Below, in pieces: positions 12,848-24,388 of a DNA stretch of 64,000 nt (position 1 is the first letter of the stretch; each line of letters starts with the position of its first letter). The stretch lies in assembly GCA_951406725.2 (NCBI GenBank), contig OX597818.1, positions 115,940,001-116,004,000 on the forward strand. The letters are read 5' to 3'. A program made the translations under genes and the position numbers. A model generated the notes under the pieces. The model worked only from the letters and a program-made list of their open reading frames with translations. It was not told where the DNA came from and did no database searches. The stretch comes from Octopus vulgaris (Eukaryota).

Positions 12848-13839
12848 GAATGAGGTTTTCTGTTGAAGTGAAAAGTGAAAACGCCAGGAGAAAGTCCCAG
12901 TGAAAACAAATGCCGAGTCTCACCGTCAGTTACTGTTCTTATTAAAAAATTAAATAACTTCGCTGTGTGGTAAGGAGCTTGCTTACGAACCACATGGTTC
13001 CAGGTTCAGTCCCACTGCGTGGCACCCTGGGCAAGTGTCTTCTACTATAGCCTCGAACCGACCAAAGCCTTGTGAGTGGATTTGTTAGACGGAAACTGAA
13101 AGAAGCCCATTGTATAAAAAAAATAGTGTAATAGGTGTAAAACAACTTACTCTAATCGAATATGACAAAAAAAAAAAAAAAATGCGCTCTCGCGAAAGGA
13201 GGGTTGAGGAGAGGACTCCACATCGTGAATTTCCGAAAGCGTCTGACCCGGGCACAAAAACGAAAAAAAAAAAAGCGAGCGTGCATTTTTTTGGTCATAT
13301 TCGTTTAGAGCAAGTTGTTTTACACCTATTACACTATTTCTTTTTGTTTTTCTGCCTGGGTCAGACCCTTTAGTTTGACCTATATATATATGTATGTGTG
13401 TGTATATGTTTGTGTTTGTCCCCCAACGTCTCTTGACAACCGATGCTGGTGTGTTTACGTCTCCGTCCTTAGCGGTTCGGCAAAAGCGACCGATAGAGTA
13501 AGTACTAGGCTTACAAGGAATAAGTCCTGGGGTCGATTTGCTCGACTAAAGGCGGTGCTCCAGCATGGCCACAGTCAAATGACTGAAGCAAGTAAAAGAG
13601 AGTACTTGGTATGGAGTTTGCATCCCAACTATGTGGTTTCAGGTTCAGTCCCATTGTACGATACTTGGGGCAAGCGTCTTCTACTATGGCCCCGGCTTGA
13701 CCAAAAAGCCCATCGTATATATGTATACACACACACACATATATCATCATCGTTTAACTCCTGCTTTCCATGCTGGTACGGGTTGGACGGTTTGACCAAG
13801 GTCTAGAAAGACAGCGGATGTTAAACGATGATGCTCCAC

Positions 13840-14560
13840 TTGTGTATAAGAGGCATAAGATGCTGTGAGAAAGAGAGAGGAGACTGCACTGGTTTGGTCA
13901 TGTGATGCGTATGGATGAGGACAGCTGAATAAAGAAGTGCCCAGCTCTAATTGCTTTTACGTGCCACTGGCACGGGGGCCAGTCAAGCGGTACTGGCAAT
14001 GGCCACGCTCAAGTGGTGTTTTTTATGTTCCACCTGCACAGGAGCCAGTCCAGTGGCACTGGCAACGACTTCACTCGAATGCTTTTCATGTGCCACCGAC
14101 ACAAGTGCCAATAAGGTGATGCTGGTAACGATCACGTTTGAATGGTGCTTTTTATGTGCCACTGGCATGGAAGCCAGTCAGCTGCTCTCGCAGCAATCAC
14201 ACTTGGATGGTGCTCTTAGTGCTCCACTGGCACGGGTGCCAGTTATCGAATTTGCGAATTTGATTTTAGCTTCATTTCTTTCAAGCCTTCACAACTCCTC
14301 TGTAGTCAAAGTCCATGTTTCACTGCCAGGTAACATAGCTGTGTATACACAGGAATCATACAGTCTGCCTTTCACTTTGAAGTAGAAGCCCTTAGCTACT
14401 AACAAGGGTAGAAGCTCTCTGATTTTCGCCTAGCCTGTTCTTATCTTAGCAACTACACTTTCAGAACTCCCACCCCCATTCCTAACTCAGTCTCCTAGGT
14501 AACAGAAGCTATCTACTACTTCTAATGATCCACTTGAGCTTTTGAGAGAGCCTATTGTTA
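13840..14560. mobile_element. RTE LINE 3'-region fragments in EXOSC4 intron 1
   Basis: + strand LHWFGHVMRMDEDS near 13885-13925; - strand KVKGRLYDSCVYTAMLPGSETW near 14310-14380. Confidence 0.7.
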
Positions 14561-15509
14561 GTGTATACTTAGTGCTTGTAATACTTGTTCACTACTATTT
14601 GCAATATCAAGTCAACACATACACTCTCTCTCTCTCTCTCATTTTTTAGCTTTCTTACTTTCCATCTACTGAATTGACACTCAAAGTTTTAGTCTGTCCA
14701 TAGATATAGCAGAAGACACTTGTTCAAGGTACCACACAGTGGGCCTGAACCCCAAACCCTATGTTTTGGAAGCAAACTTCGTACCTACACCTGGCAGTCC
14801 TGTTCCTAATAATGTTTTGTAAATCAAAATCAAAACTAAATCAAATCACAGTCAAATGGAAATTGTAGTCGTGGACGATGCCAGTGCTGCCTGACTGGCT
14901 CCCGTGCTGGTGGCACGCAATAAGCACCATGCATGCATGGGTTGTTGCCAGTGCTGCCTGACTGGTTCCTTATGCTGGTGGCATGTAAAAAGCCCCATCC
15001 AAAAGTGGCCGATGCCAGTGCTGCCAGACTGGCTCCTGTGCCGGTGGCATGTAGAAAGCACCCACTACACTCTTGGAGTGGTTGGTGTTAGGAAGGGCAT
15101 CTAGTTGTAGAAACACTGCCAGATCAGACTGGAGCCTGGTCCGGCCTCCTGACTTGCCAATCCCCAGTCAAACTGTCCAACCCATGCCAGCATGGAAAAC
15201 GGACGTTAAACGATGATGATGATCATCATGGATGAATTATTTAAATGCATTTTTCCTCATTTGAAAATCAGGGTTATGCAATAAGTTATTCTTTGAGTGG
15301 TTGTATTTAAAACTGAAATTGAACAGATAGAATTTACAGTTCTATATTTAAGAGATGAGGAATTATGTAAATTATTTACATTTGACGATATTTGTCCTCA
15401 TCTTGTTTGTTGTTAACACGTTTCGGCTGATATATCCTCCATCCTTCTTCAAGTGTCTTGGGGAAATTTCAAACCTGGGTTCTCATTCCTAAGGTATTTT
15501 TCAATGTTA

Positions 15510-15555
<46 letters not shown>

Positions 15556-15634
15556 GCCCACAGGCATATGGCGTAGTGGTTAAGAGCATGGGCTACTAAC
15601 CCCAAGATTCCGAGTTCGATTCCATGCAGTGACC
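15556..15634 (+). mobile_element. tRNA-derived SINE head or tRNA pseudogene
   Basis: A box TGGCGTAGTGG and B box GAGTTCGATTCC with tRNA-like spacing; acceptor stem does not pair, so not called a functional tRNA. Confidence 0.6.
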
Positions 15635-15839
15635 TTATGATAATAAATAATAGAAGATGATGATTGTGAGGATGAGGGTCGTCGCAGCCGCCGTCATCAA
15701 AAAACACCTTGTTTACACACCTGTCTTCGTCTTTTGTAATGTTTTTTTTTGTAAATGCCAACTATACACACACACATAAAAGGTTATTTAAAAAAAATCC
15801 GTATTTGTCTTCGATAATTATTGGTATTTCATATTTCAG

Positions 15840-16046
15840 ATCCGTGGAAGCAAAAGCAAAGCTCAACACGATAAAGTCCTTGTGAACTGTCAGTACAGTA
15901 TGGCAACGTTCAGCACTGGCGAAAGGAAGCGCAGGCCTCGTGGTGACCGCAAATCACAAGAAATGACCCTCTACCTCCAGCAAACGTTCAATGCAGCCAT
16001 TATGACTTCATTTTATCCTCGGTCACAAATCGACATCTATGTTGAG
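15840..16046 (+). CDS. EXOSC4: EXOSC4/RRP41 exon 2
   Basis: Acceptor tttcag|ATC. Translates IRGSKSKAQHDKVLVNCQYSMATFSTGERKRRPRGDRKSQEMTLYLQQTFNAAIMTSFYPRSQIDIYVE. 207 nt, donor GAG|GTATTT. Confidence 0.96.
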
Positions 16047-16489
16047 GTATTTGTTTTTCTCTTACTCTATGATTACCCTCAGTAACTGGGAGACTTCTAT
16101 GTTGGGGCATTGCATTAAAATAAACTTCTGTCGATTATATTGCCTGCTGTGACTTTTCATGGTGCATATTTCGCTGCTTGTCTGGAAATTTCACTGTGGA
16201 TGATAATAACAAAACGTATTGTGCCAGTAGTTTTTTAAGTAAAAAAAAAAGGAGAATGATAAGTTTTGTGACAGCATTAAATAAACAAGTCTTTATTCAA
16301 TGTCAAACATTCAACGAAATCGTGATGAGGTCATTTAAAACGAAATTTCTTAGGGAGAATTTTCCTACTGCAAACGTGTTTACAGTGAAATTTCTTGTAA
16401 CCGTTTTAGTGAAATATTAAAGGAGGAAAAACTGATATTTAGCAGACAAAGGGAGATAATTCAGGAAAACTATAACACGATTTTAGTCA

Positions 16490-17460
16490 TATATACAGTC
16501 ATTTTTCTTATGTATACACAGCTCTCTTTTCCTATATATACATTTTATATATACACTAACCTCTTTTCCTATATATAAATCTTATATATACACACTCCTC
16601 TTCCTATATACACTAATCTCTTTTCCTATATACACATCTTATATATACACAGTTCTCTTTTCCTATATACGCATCTTATATATACACTGTCCTCTTTTCC
16701 TATATACACATTTTTTATATACACTAACCTCTTTTCCTATATATAAATCTTATATATACACACTCTTCTTTTCCTATATACGCATCTTATATATACACAG
16801 TCCACTTGTTCTATATATACATCTTATATATACACAGTCCACTTTTTCTATATATACATTTTATATATACACTAATCTCTTTTCCTACATACACATCTTA
16901 TATATACACAATCCACTTTTCCTATATACACATCTTATATATACACAGTCCTCTTTTCCTACATACACATCTTATATATACACAATCCACTTTTCCTATA
17001 TATACATCTTATATATACACTGTCCTCTTTTCCTATAGACACATCTTATATACACACAGCCATTTTTTCCTGTATATACATCTTATATATACACAGTCCT
17101 CTTTTCCTATATATACATCTTATATATACACAGTCCTCTTTTCCTATATATACATCTTATATATACACTGTCCTCTTTTCCTGTATATACATCTTATATA
17201 TACACAGTCCTCTTTTCCTATATATACATCTTATATATACACAGCCATCTTTTCCTGTATATACATCTTATATATACACAATCCACTTTCCTATATACAC
17301 ATCTTATATATACACAGTCCTCTTTTCCTATATACACATCTTATATATACACAGTCCTCTTTTCCTATATATACATCTTATATATACATTGTCCCCTTTT
17401 CCTATAGACACATAAATACACAGTATATATACATCTTATATATGTACTGTCCTGTTTTCC
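16490..17460. repeat. 37-bp minisatellite, about 26 copies, in EXOSC4 intron 2
   Basis: Unit ACACAGTCCTCTTTTCCTATATATACATCTTATATAT; starts at 17091 and 17128 give a period of 37. Confidence 0.9.
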
Positions 17461-18228
17461 TTTCTTTTTATGGCTGTTGTTGTTATTACTATTATTGTTT
17501 TAAAAAATAGTGAATTAACAAAATCCTTCGACCATTTTGTCTTGTAAGGTGCTTGGTGATGGTGCCACATAAAAAGCGCTGGTGCTGGTGCCATGTGAAA
17601 AGCACCCTGTACACTGTGTATAGTGGCTGGCATTAGAAAGGGCATCAAGCTGGCAATGAAGCTTGGTATGGCCCCTGTCCTTGCCAGCTCCTGTCAAACC
17701 ATCCAACCCATGCCAGCATGGAAAACGGATGTTATGATGATGATGATGATGATGATGATTTGCTTTTTAATGAAGTGGTCTTTGGTTCAGTCCTGCATGT
17801 CACCTTGGGCAAGTGTCTTCTATTATAGCACCCAGCCAACTAAAGCTTTGTGCGTGGAAATGGTACATGGAAACTGAAAGAAGCCCATATATGCTGGTGT
17901 GTTTACGTCCCCGTCACTTAGCGGTTCGGCAAAAGAGACCGATAGAATAAGTACTGGGCTTACAAAGAATAAGTCCCGGGGTCGAGTTGCTCGACTAAAG
18001 GCAGTGCTCCAGCATGGCCGCAGTCAACTGACTGAAACAAGTAAAAGAGTATATATATATATTTAGGCACAGGTGTGACTGTGAGGTAAGAATTTGCTTC
18101 CATTCCAAACCACATGGTTCCAGATTCAGTCTCACTGCATGACACCTTGGATAATTTCTTCCTTTATAGCCTCGGGCTGACCAAAGCCTTGTGAGTGGAT
18201 TTGGAAGATGGAAACTGAATGAAACCTG

Positions 18229-18266
<38 letters not shown>

Positions 18267-18321
18267 TCATATGTGTGTGTGTTCCATGCTGACATGAGTC
18301 AGGTGAATCCTAGGAATGTGG

Positions 18322-18451
18322 GGTAGATATGAGCTGTTCTAGAGGAGTCGTCTGGCATTCCTGAACTGATCACAGCCATTTCTTCCTCAATCAGAGGAGG
18401 TGGTACTGCTAGAGGTGATCTCTCGTTTACATGAAGACAGCTTGAAGAAAG
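18322..18451 (+). pseudogene. Degenerate partial copy of EXOSC4 exon 3 within intron 2
   Basis: Aligns to 18883-19010 (GAGGAGTCGTCTGGCATTCCTGAACTGATCACAGCCATT identical) with two 1-nt insertions and several substitutions. Confidence 0.9.
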
Positions 18452-18751
18452 CTGCAATTATTATTCCAATTTGGTACTGACACGTAAAAGCACCATCCGT
18501 TTGTGGCCGTTGTGCCAGCTCTGTCTGGCACCTGTGCAGGTGGCACGTAAAAAGCACCCACTACACTCGCGGAGTGGTTGGCGTTAGGAAGGGCATCCAG
18601 CCGTAGAAACACTGCCAAATCTGACTGGGCCTGATGAAGCCTTCCGGCTTCACAGACCCCAGTTAAACCGTCCAACCCATGCTAGCATGGAAAACGGATG
18701 CTAAATGATGATGATGATGATGTTATTTTTGCTTTTCTTTTTCTTCTTCAG

Positions 18752-19120
18752 GTGTTGCAATCAGATGGTGGTAATTACTGTGCATGTGTGAATGCAGCTA
18801 CCCTAGCTATCATTGATGCTGGCATTCCCATCAAGGACTATGTCTGTGCCTGCTCAGCTGGTTTCGTTAATGAGACCCCGCTGGTAGACATGAGCTACCT
18901 GGAGGAGTCGTCTGGCATTCCTGAACTGATCACAGCCATTCTACCTCAATCAGAGGAGGTGGTACTGCTAGAGATGAACTCTCGTCTACATGAAGACAAC
19001 TTGAAGAAAGTTCTCAACCAAGCTACTAAAGGTTGTAAAGACATTTACCAAATCCTTAACGAAGCTGTACGGCATCACTTACAAGATGTTGTTCTCTCTA
19101 TTGGAATAAATAATGATTAA
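18752..19120 (+). CDS. EXOSC4: EXOSC4/RRP41 exon 3 (terminal); full protein 248 aa
   Basis: Long pyrimidine tract and cag|GTG acceptor. Translates VLQSDGGNYCACVNAATLAIIDAGIPIKDYVCACSAG...SIGINND, stop TAA 19118-19120. QxDGG RNase PH motif present; frame continuous across all three exons. Confidence 0.96.
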   Translation: MLQSDGGNYCACVNAATLAIIDAGIPIKDYVCACSAGFVNETPLVDMSYLEESSGIPELITAILPQSEEVVLLEMNSRLHEDNLKKVLNQATKGCKDIYQILNEAVRHHLQDVVLSIGINND

Positions 19121-19157
19121 TTTATTGTGTTTGTTTTTTTTTTTTATTATAAAAGAG

Positions 19158-19430
19158 ATATTGGCTTTAGGAAAGACTGTGGAGGTGCGTGGCTTAGTGT
19201 TTAGGGTGTCAGCATATTGAGCGTAAGATTGTGGTTTCGATTCCTGGACCGGGCGACACATTGTGTTCTTGAGCAAAACACTTCATTTCATGTTGCTCCA
19301 GTCCACTCAGCTGGCAAAAATGAGTAACGCTGCGATGGTCTGGCGTCCCATACAGCTGGGGAACACATACGCCATTGAAACCGGGAAACTGGTCCCATGC
19401 GTCTGGCTAGGCTTTAAAAGGGTGCATTTA
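19158..19430 (+). mobile_element. tRNA-derived SINE (GTGGAGGCGC-type head); related copies about 34990-35266(-), 45043-45214(-), 53506-53879(-), 57165-57340(+)
   Basis: A box TGGCTTAGTG/TGGCCCAGTGG and B box GGTTTCGATTCC. The 53.5-kb copy is flanked by TGTAAAA(G/A)CAGT direct repeats. Confidence 0.75.
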
Positions 19431-20079
19431 TTTTTTTTATTTTAGGAAAGGCATCCAGCCATAGAAACTATGCCAAAGCAGACACTGGATTTCAGTGCAG
19501 TTCTCTTACCTGTCAATTCCTGTGGAACCTTGTGTTATCTTCAAGAATTGTGTTAAACTATTGACCATCATAATTCACTTCGTCTATCCCTTTCCCTCCC
19601 TTAAACTCCCCTTTTTACAATTCCTACTTTTGCTATCTTCTCTCTCACCATCTTCTCTATGTATTTATTTTTTACATTTATTTTTCCATTGATCTTCATT
19701 CTATTTCAAATATCTTATATGTATGTATATATGTATGTATATGTTATTTATTTGGGGAACAGATCCGGTTCCCTAGATCAAATGGATCAATTTGCACAGC
19801 TTACTTACAAGTTGTCTGTTACCTGTTTCTTTACTACCCACAAGAGGCTAAACACAGAGGGGACAAACAAGGACAGACAAACGGATTAAGTCGATTATAT
19901 CGACCCCAGTGTGCAACTGGTACTTATTTAATCGACCCCGAAAGGATGAAAGGCAAAGTGGACCTCGGCGGAATTTGAACTGAGAACATAACGGCAGACG
20001 AAATACGGCTCCGCATTTCACCCGGTGTGCTAACATTTCTGCCAGCTCGTCATGCTTGTACACTTCTATGAGAATACCA

Positions 20080-20985
20080 TCTTGTCCAGGAGCTTTACCA
20101 TTGGAAAATTTTTTTAATAGCAGTACTTATGTCACTCAAGGAAGTATTTTCCACAGGTTCCTCAATTATGGGCCTCTGAATGATTTCATGCATTACTTCA
20201 GGATCAGTAGTGGATTCTTGATTTAATATGGATTTAAAGTGTTCAGCCCATCTTTTCAGAATTTCATTTTTGCTACTTAAAAGTTTTGATCTGTTGTTTG
20301 AAAGAATAGGTTTCATACTACCCTTTTTGGGATCAAATACACCTTTCAGATTGTGATAGAATTCTCTCAAGTTGTGAGAGTTACCAGCCTGTTCTAATTC
20401 TTGGGTCTTTTTGTCTGCCAAGAATTCTCTGTTTTTACATGTTGGTGGCATGTAAAAAGCACCTTCCAAACATGATCGATACCAGGGTCACCTGACTGGC
20501 TCCCATGCCAGTGGCATGTAAAACGCACCATCTAAATCTGATCGATATCAGGGCTGCCTCACTGGCTTCTATGCCGGTGGCATGTAAAAAGCATCTACTA
20601 CACTCTCGGAGTGGTTGGCGTTAGGAAGGGCATCCAGTTGTAGAAACATTACCAGATCAGATTGGAGCCTGTTGCAGCCTCCTGGCTTTTCAGACCTCAG
20701 TCAAACCGTCCAACCCATGCCAGCATAGAAAACGGACGTTAAACGACGATGATGATTTTCAATGGTGCTCCAACATGTTTTCAGGGATTACAATGAAGGT
20801 GTAAAATTCCAGTTTCACACAGATGGAGTTCTACTAATCCTAAAAGGGCAAAGTTTCTGATTAAAAAGGAAATCAGAGAGATTCTACGTGACTTCCTGTA
20901 TGCTGATACAATTTAGGGTATTCAAAAGACAATTGACAGGTTTGCGATGGCAGCTTGTGTATTTGGACTGACTGTCAGCATCTAA
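20080..20985. mobile_element. Decayed RTE LINE fragments
   Basis: - strand LREFYHNLKGVFDPK...LLSSKNEILKRWAEHFKSILNQES (linker before RT); + strand DFLYAD RT motif-like remnant near 20890. Confidence 0.65.
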
Positions 20986-21207
20986 TGGTAGACTAACCAC
21001 TATACTGGAAACTGACTGGATAATGATAATCTGTGTGGAGCTCTAACTCATACAGTAGAAGTCATACATCTAACTATACTCAGAAGATATACGACGTGGA
21101 TGATATTTTCAATAGAAACGTTACAACTGTATCTGATTGTTCATGTACTTCAATATTGTGTCTTTATATATATTTACTCTGTTGCTGACATTTATCAAGT
21201 TTCCCCC

Positions 21208-21282
<75 letters not shown>

Positions 21283-21848
21283 GCCATCTCTAGCAGACAA
21301 GGTGTCCAGTACTGAACAGTGACAGAAATAGCCCGAAACCAGGACTGGTCTGCTGGTCCCGTCGCTAGAAGGTGGTAGGGGTTCGCTCCCCTGCTCGTAA
21401 TTTATCGGATGCAACACTGCATTATTAACCAGCTAGAGGAGATGTCCTCTTATGGGTTAAAAAATAGCAGTAGAATCCGTTCGAACGGACAGTCATGTGG
21501 AAGTGGCTTCGAATATTTCTTGTTAGTACAACTTCAGCGTTGGTCCGTTAGATTTTAAAACTAGCATTTTTGCTTGTGTGTGTGTATCTTACATTCTGTT
21601 ACTAATGTTCACCAAGAAAGTCAATCTAAACATTATTTGCACAATTTATGAAGGTAGATGCATGATTTAGAAATATTTTTATCCTGCAGCGTATCAACGG
21701 GTTTGAACAAGTTCCCTATGAACTTGAGGCCTTAATAAAAATAAATTGTTTTATGACAGTTTAGCGTTTTGTTTGAGACTATTTTTCACGCAAGAAACTA
21801 ATTTTCGTGTGACGTCATAATTTGAGACCTTTCTCAAACCGATATATA

Positions 21849-22224
21849 TCTTTATATATAAAAGTGAAGTTGTGTGTCTGTCTCCTACGATTTAGATTCC
21901 TAACTACTCCCACATTTTGCGGTGCAGTTTAACCAAAACCGGGTATCTTATAGTCGTGATTCATATCGAGCCCTTCTGGGTATTAGCGCGCGTCTACGAT
22001 GAGTCTACGATTTAAAAAATAATTTACCATAATTTTTTTTCCATTTTAATGCATTTTTTCGCTATTATATAAGGGAAGTAACTCTCTAAAAATGTCTACG
22101 ATGAGTCAACGATTTAAAAAAAAAATTTACCATTTTTTTTGCTATTTTTTGGCTATAACTCTCTAAAAATGCTTATATAGTTATTTCCCTTAGAAACCCG
22201 AGCAACGCCGGGCGATACTGCTAG
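21849..22224 (+). mobile_element. Non-autonomous Helitron, same family as the 8.5-9.5 kb dimer
   Basis: A|TCTTTATATATAAAAG...CCCGAGCAACGCCGGGCGATACTGCTAG|T, with shared internal sequence. Confidence 0.85.
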
Positions 22225-22307
22225 TATATATATATAATTGAAATTAATACCGAATCTATCAAAATTCATTGAGAAATATGTTACAATAAATCGTACACGT
22301 TTCAGAT

Positions 22308-22564
22308 TGTTGTAATGAGAGTCACGACGCCCCCTTGCGAGAGACAGGCTGGTCCGAGTAAAGTATAAATAGTAACAATGTGAATGAGTTTGAGGTTCAG
22401 AGTTCAGAGTCGAGTGAGTTCGTGTTCGCAGCGAAGTCGGAATGTGTCGGTTGGTTAATTCACAAGAAATATTAATTGTTGGTTCGTAAAGAGGTTTGTT
22501 AGTTCATTACATTGTTTTTGCTGTTTGGTTATCTTATTTATTGTACGTAAATTACGTTACAACA
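22308..22564 (+). mobile_element. Probable solo LTR (about 257 bp)
   Basis: TGTTGTAA...TTACAACA inverted ends and internal TATAAAT; flanks share AGAT/GAT (imperfect TSD). Confidence 0.55.
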
Positions 22565-23157
22565 GATATACAAGAGAAAACAAGTTTTCTTAAAAGAAAA
22601 GAAGTCAGAACTTTGCTATTTTGTAAAGTTTCTCTTATGACGTCATAATGGTCGTATTTTTTTTTTCACAAAATCCAAACGTTGCTTGTATTTCATATGT
22701 TTAGTAATACTTCCCCACGTTGAAAGATTTCGACATAGCACCATTAACTTGCACACAAACATCTGGGCGTTTGTATAGGGATTTCTCTATTTCATTAAAT
22801 TTGCCACAAGGGCAGTACACAGAGAAGCTTGCGGACTGGACACGGACATTAATGAGATGAATGATAATGATACAAGGATGATAAGGATGGGCGAAGACGA
22901 AAAGCGCCCGCCGACTTTCGCTTCTCTAAAACGTCACATCGAGGCAATAAACCTCTTACACATTTCAAAAACACGAGGCAAACCTGTATAGGGACTTCTC
23001 AGTAACCAAAAGTTACCCATTAACTTTAATCTCTTGCAAAACCCTTAACAGCCTGTTCTGCGGTACGCAGTCACATCTTTTGAAGTCTACTAAGAAAGTG
23101 TACATCCCTTGGTAACATTCCCACGATTACTCGAAGACATGCTGTAGAGTGGGTAAT

Positions 23158-23760
23158 CCTTTCTACTTTAGGCACAAGGCCTGAAATTTGGGGGAGTCGA
23201 TTACGTCGACCCCAGTACTCAACTGTTATTTAATTTGTCGACCCCGAAAGGATGAAAGGCAACGTCGACTCGGCAGAATTTGAACTCAGAACGTAGCGGC
23301 AGACGAAATACCTATATTTTTACTGTCCACAAGGGGCTAAACACAGAGGGGACAAACAAGGACAGACAAAAGGATTAAGTCGATTATATCGACCCCAGTG
23401 CGTAACTGGTACTTAATTCATCCCCGAAAGGATGAAAGGCAAAGTCGACCTCGGTGGAATTTGAACGCAGACTAAATACCTGTTTCTCTATTAGCCACAA
23501 GGGGCTAAACATAGAGGGGACAAACAAGGACAGACAAACGGATTAAGTCGATTACATCGACCCCAGTGCGTAACTGGTACTTAATCTATCGACCCCGAAA
23601 GGATGAAAGGCAAAGTCGACCTCGGCGGAATTTGAACTCTGAACGTAACGGCAGACGAAATACGGCTACGCATTTCGCCCAGCGTGCTAACATTTCTGCC
23701 AGCTCGCCGGCAGACGAAATACCGCTAAGCATTTCGCCCGGCGTGCCAGCTCGCCGCCTT
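23158..23760 (-). mobile_element. Multimer of hairpin-head SINE (three units)
   Basis: Repeated TCGACCCCGAAAGGATGAAAGGCAAAGTCGACCTCGGCGGAATTTGAACTC modules with head sequence at the right end. Confidence 0.85.
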
Positions 23761-23769
23761 CGTAGAGTG

Positions 23770-24190
23770 GATAATGACCGAAAGAATACGATCACGAATA
23801 CAAGCGGCCGATATGGGGTTCCTCTGAAGGGTCAGTCTCTGGAATAACATTACTCGACAAGGGTGCATAGCTTGGAGATCAGGGAGCCTCTCTTCTCTGC
23901 TTTGAGAAGTCACACAACTCCGATATTACAGACATGTGATAAGAAATCCACAGGAAAGAATCGCAAGACGGGCTGCTCTTCAAGCCGAGCCAACCGACAG
24001 GAAACAGCTGCAGGGGCAGATCAAGAAAACGAGATTGTTGGATAATAGTCTGAGCAGATCATGCTTGGGAATTTTACCAAAAAGTGTCATGACGGTCGCT
24101 TCTGTCAAGTCCTTATGGAAGAGGATCCTGAGGCCTCTACCTCCATGACCCTCCTAGGAATAGTGGGTGCAAAAGGTGGATGAACGGGTG
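23770..24190 (+). mobile_element. RTE-like LINE 3' end remnant
   Basis: RHVIRNPQERIARRAALQAEPTDRKQLQGQIKKTR...LWKRILRPLPP resembles an RTE C-terminus. Confidence 0.5.
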
Positions 24191-24350
24191 GAGTCATACA
24201 TCAGTGGACACCAACCTGGAATTCTATAGATAGTGTCTTGTTTATCAAATTGAACACCAACAGCATTGGGATATTTTACCGGCCACGAAGCAGATAAATC
24301 ATTTGGTATTCTGGTAAGAGCGTTTTCTCCAAGCTTATACTTAAATAATA

Positions 24351-24388
<38 letters not shown>

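Noticed and set aside
15556-15634. Functional tRNA gene
   Set aside because: Acceptor stem unpaired, embedded in a repeat composite, and partly duplicated at 10588-10642; treated as a SINE head.
16806-17510. 234-aa ORF
   Set aside because: It is the translation of the 37-bp minisatellite in EXOSC4 intron 2.
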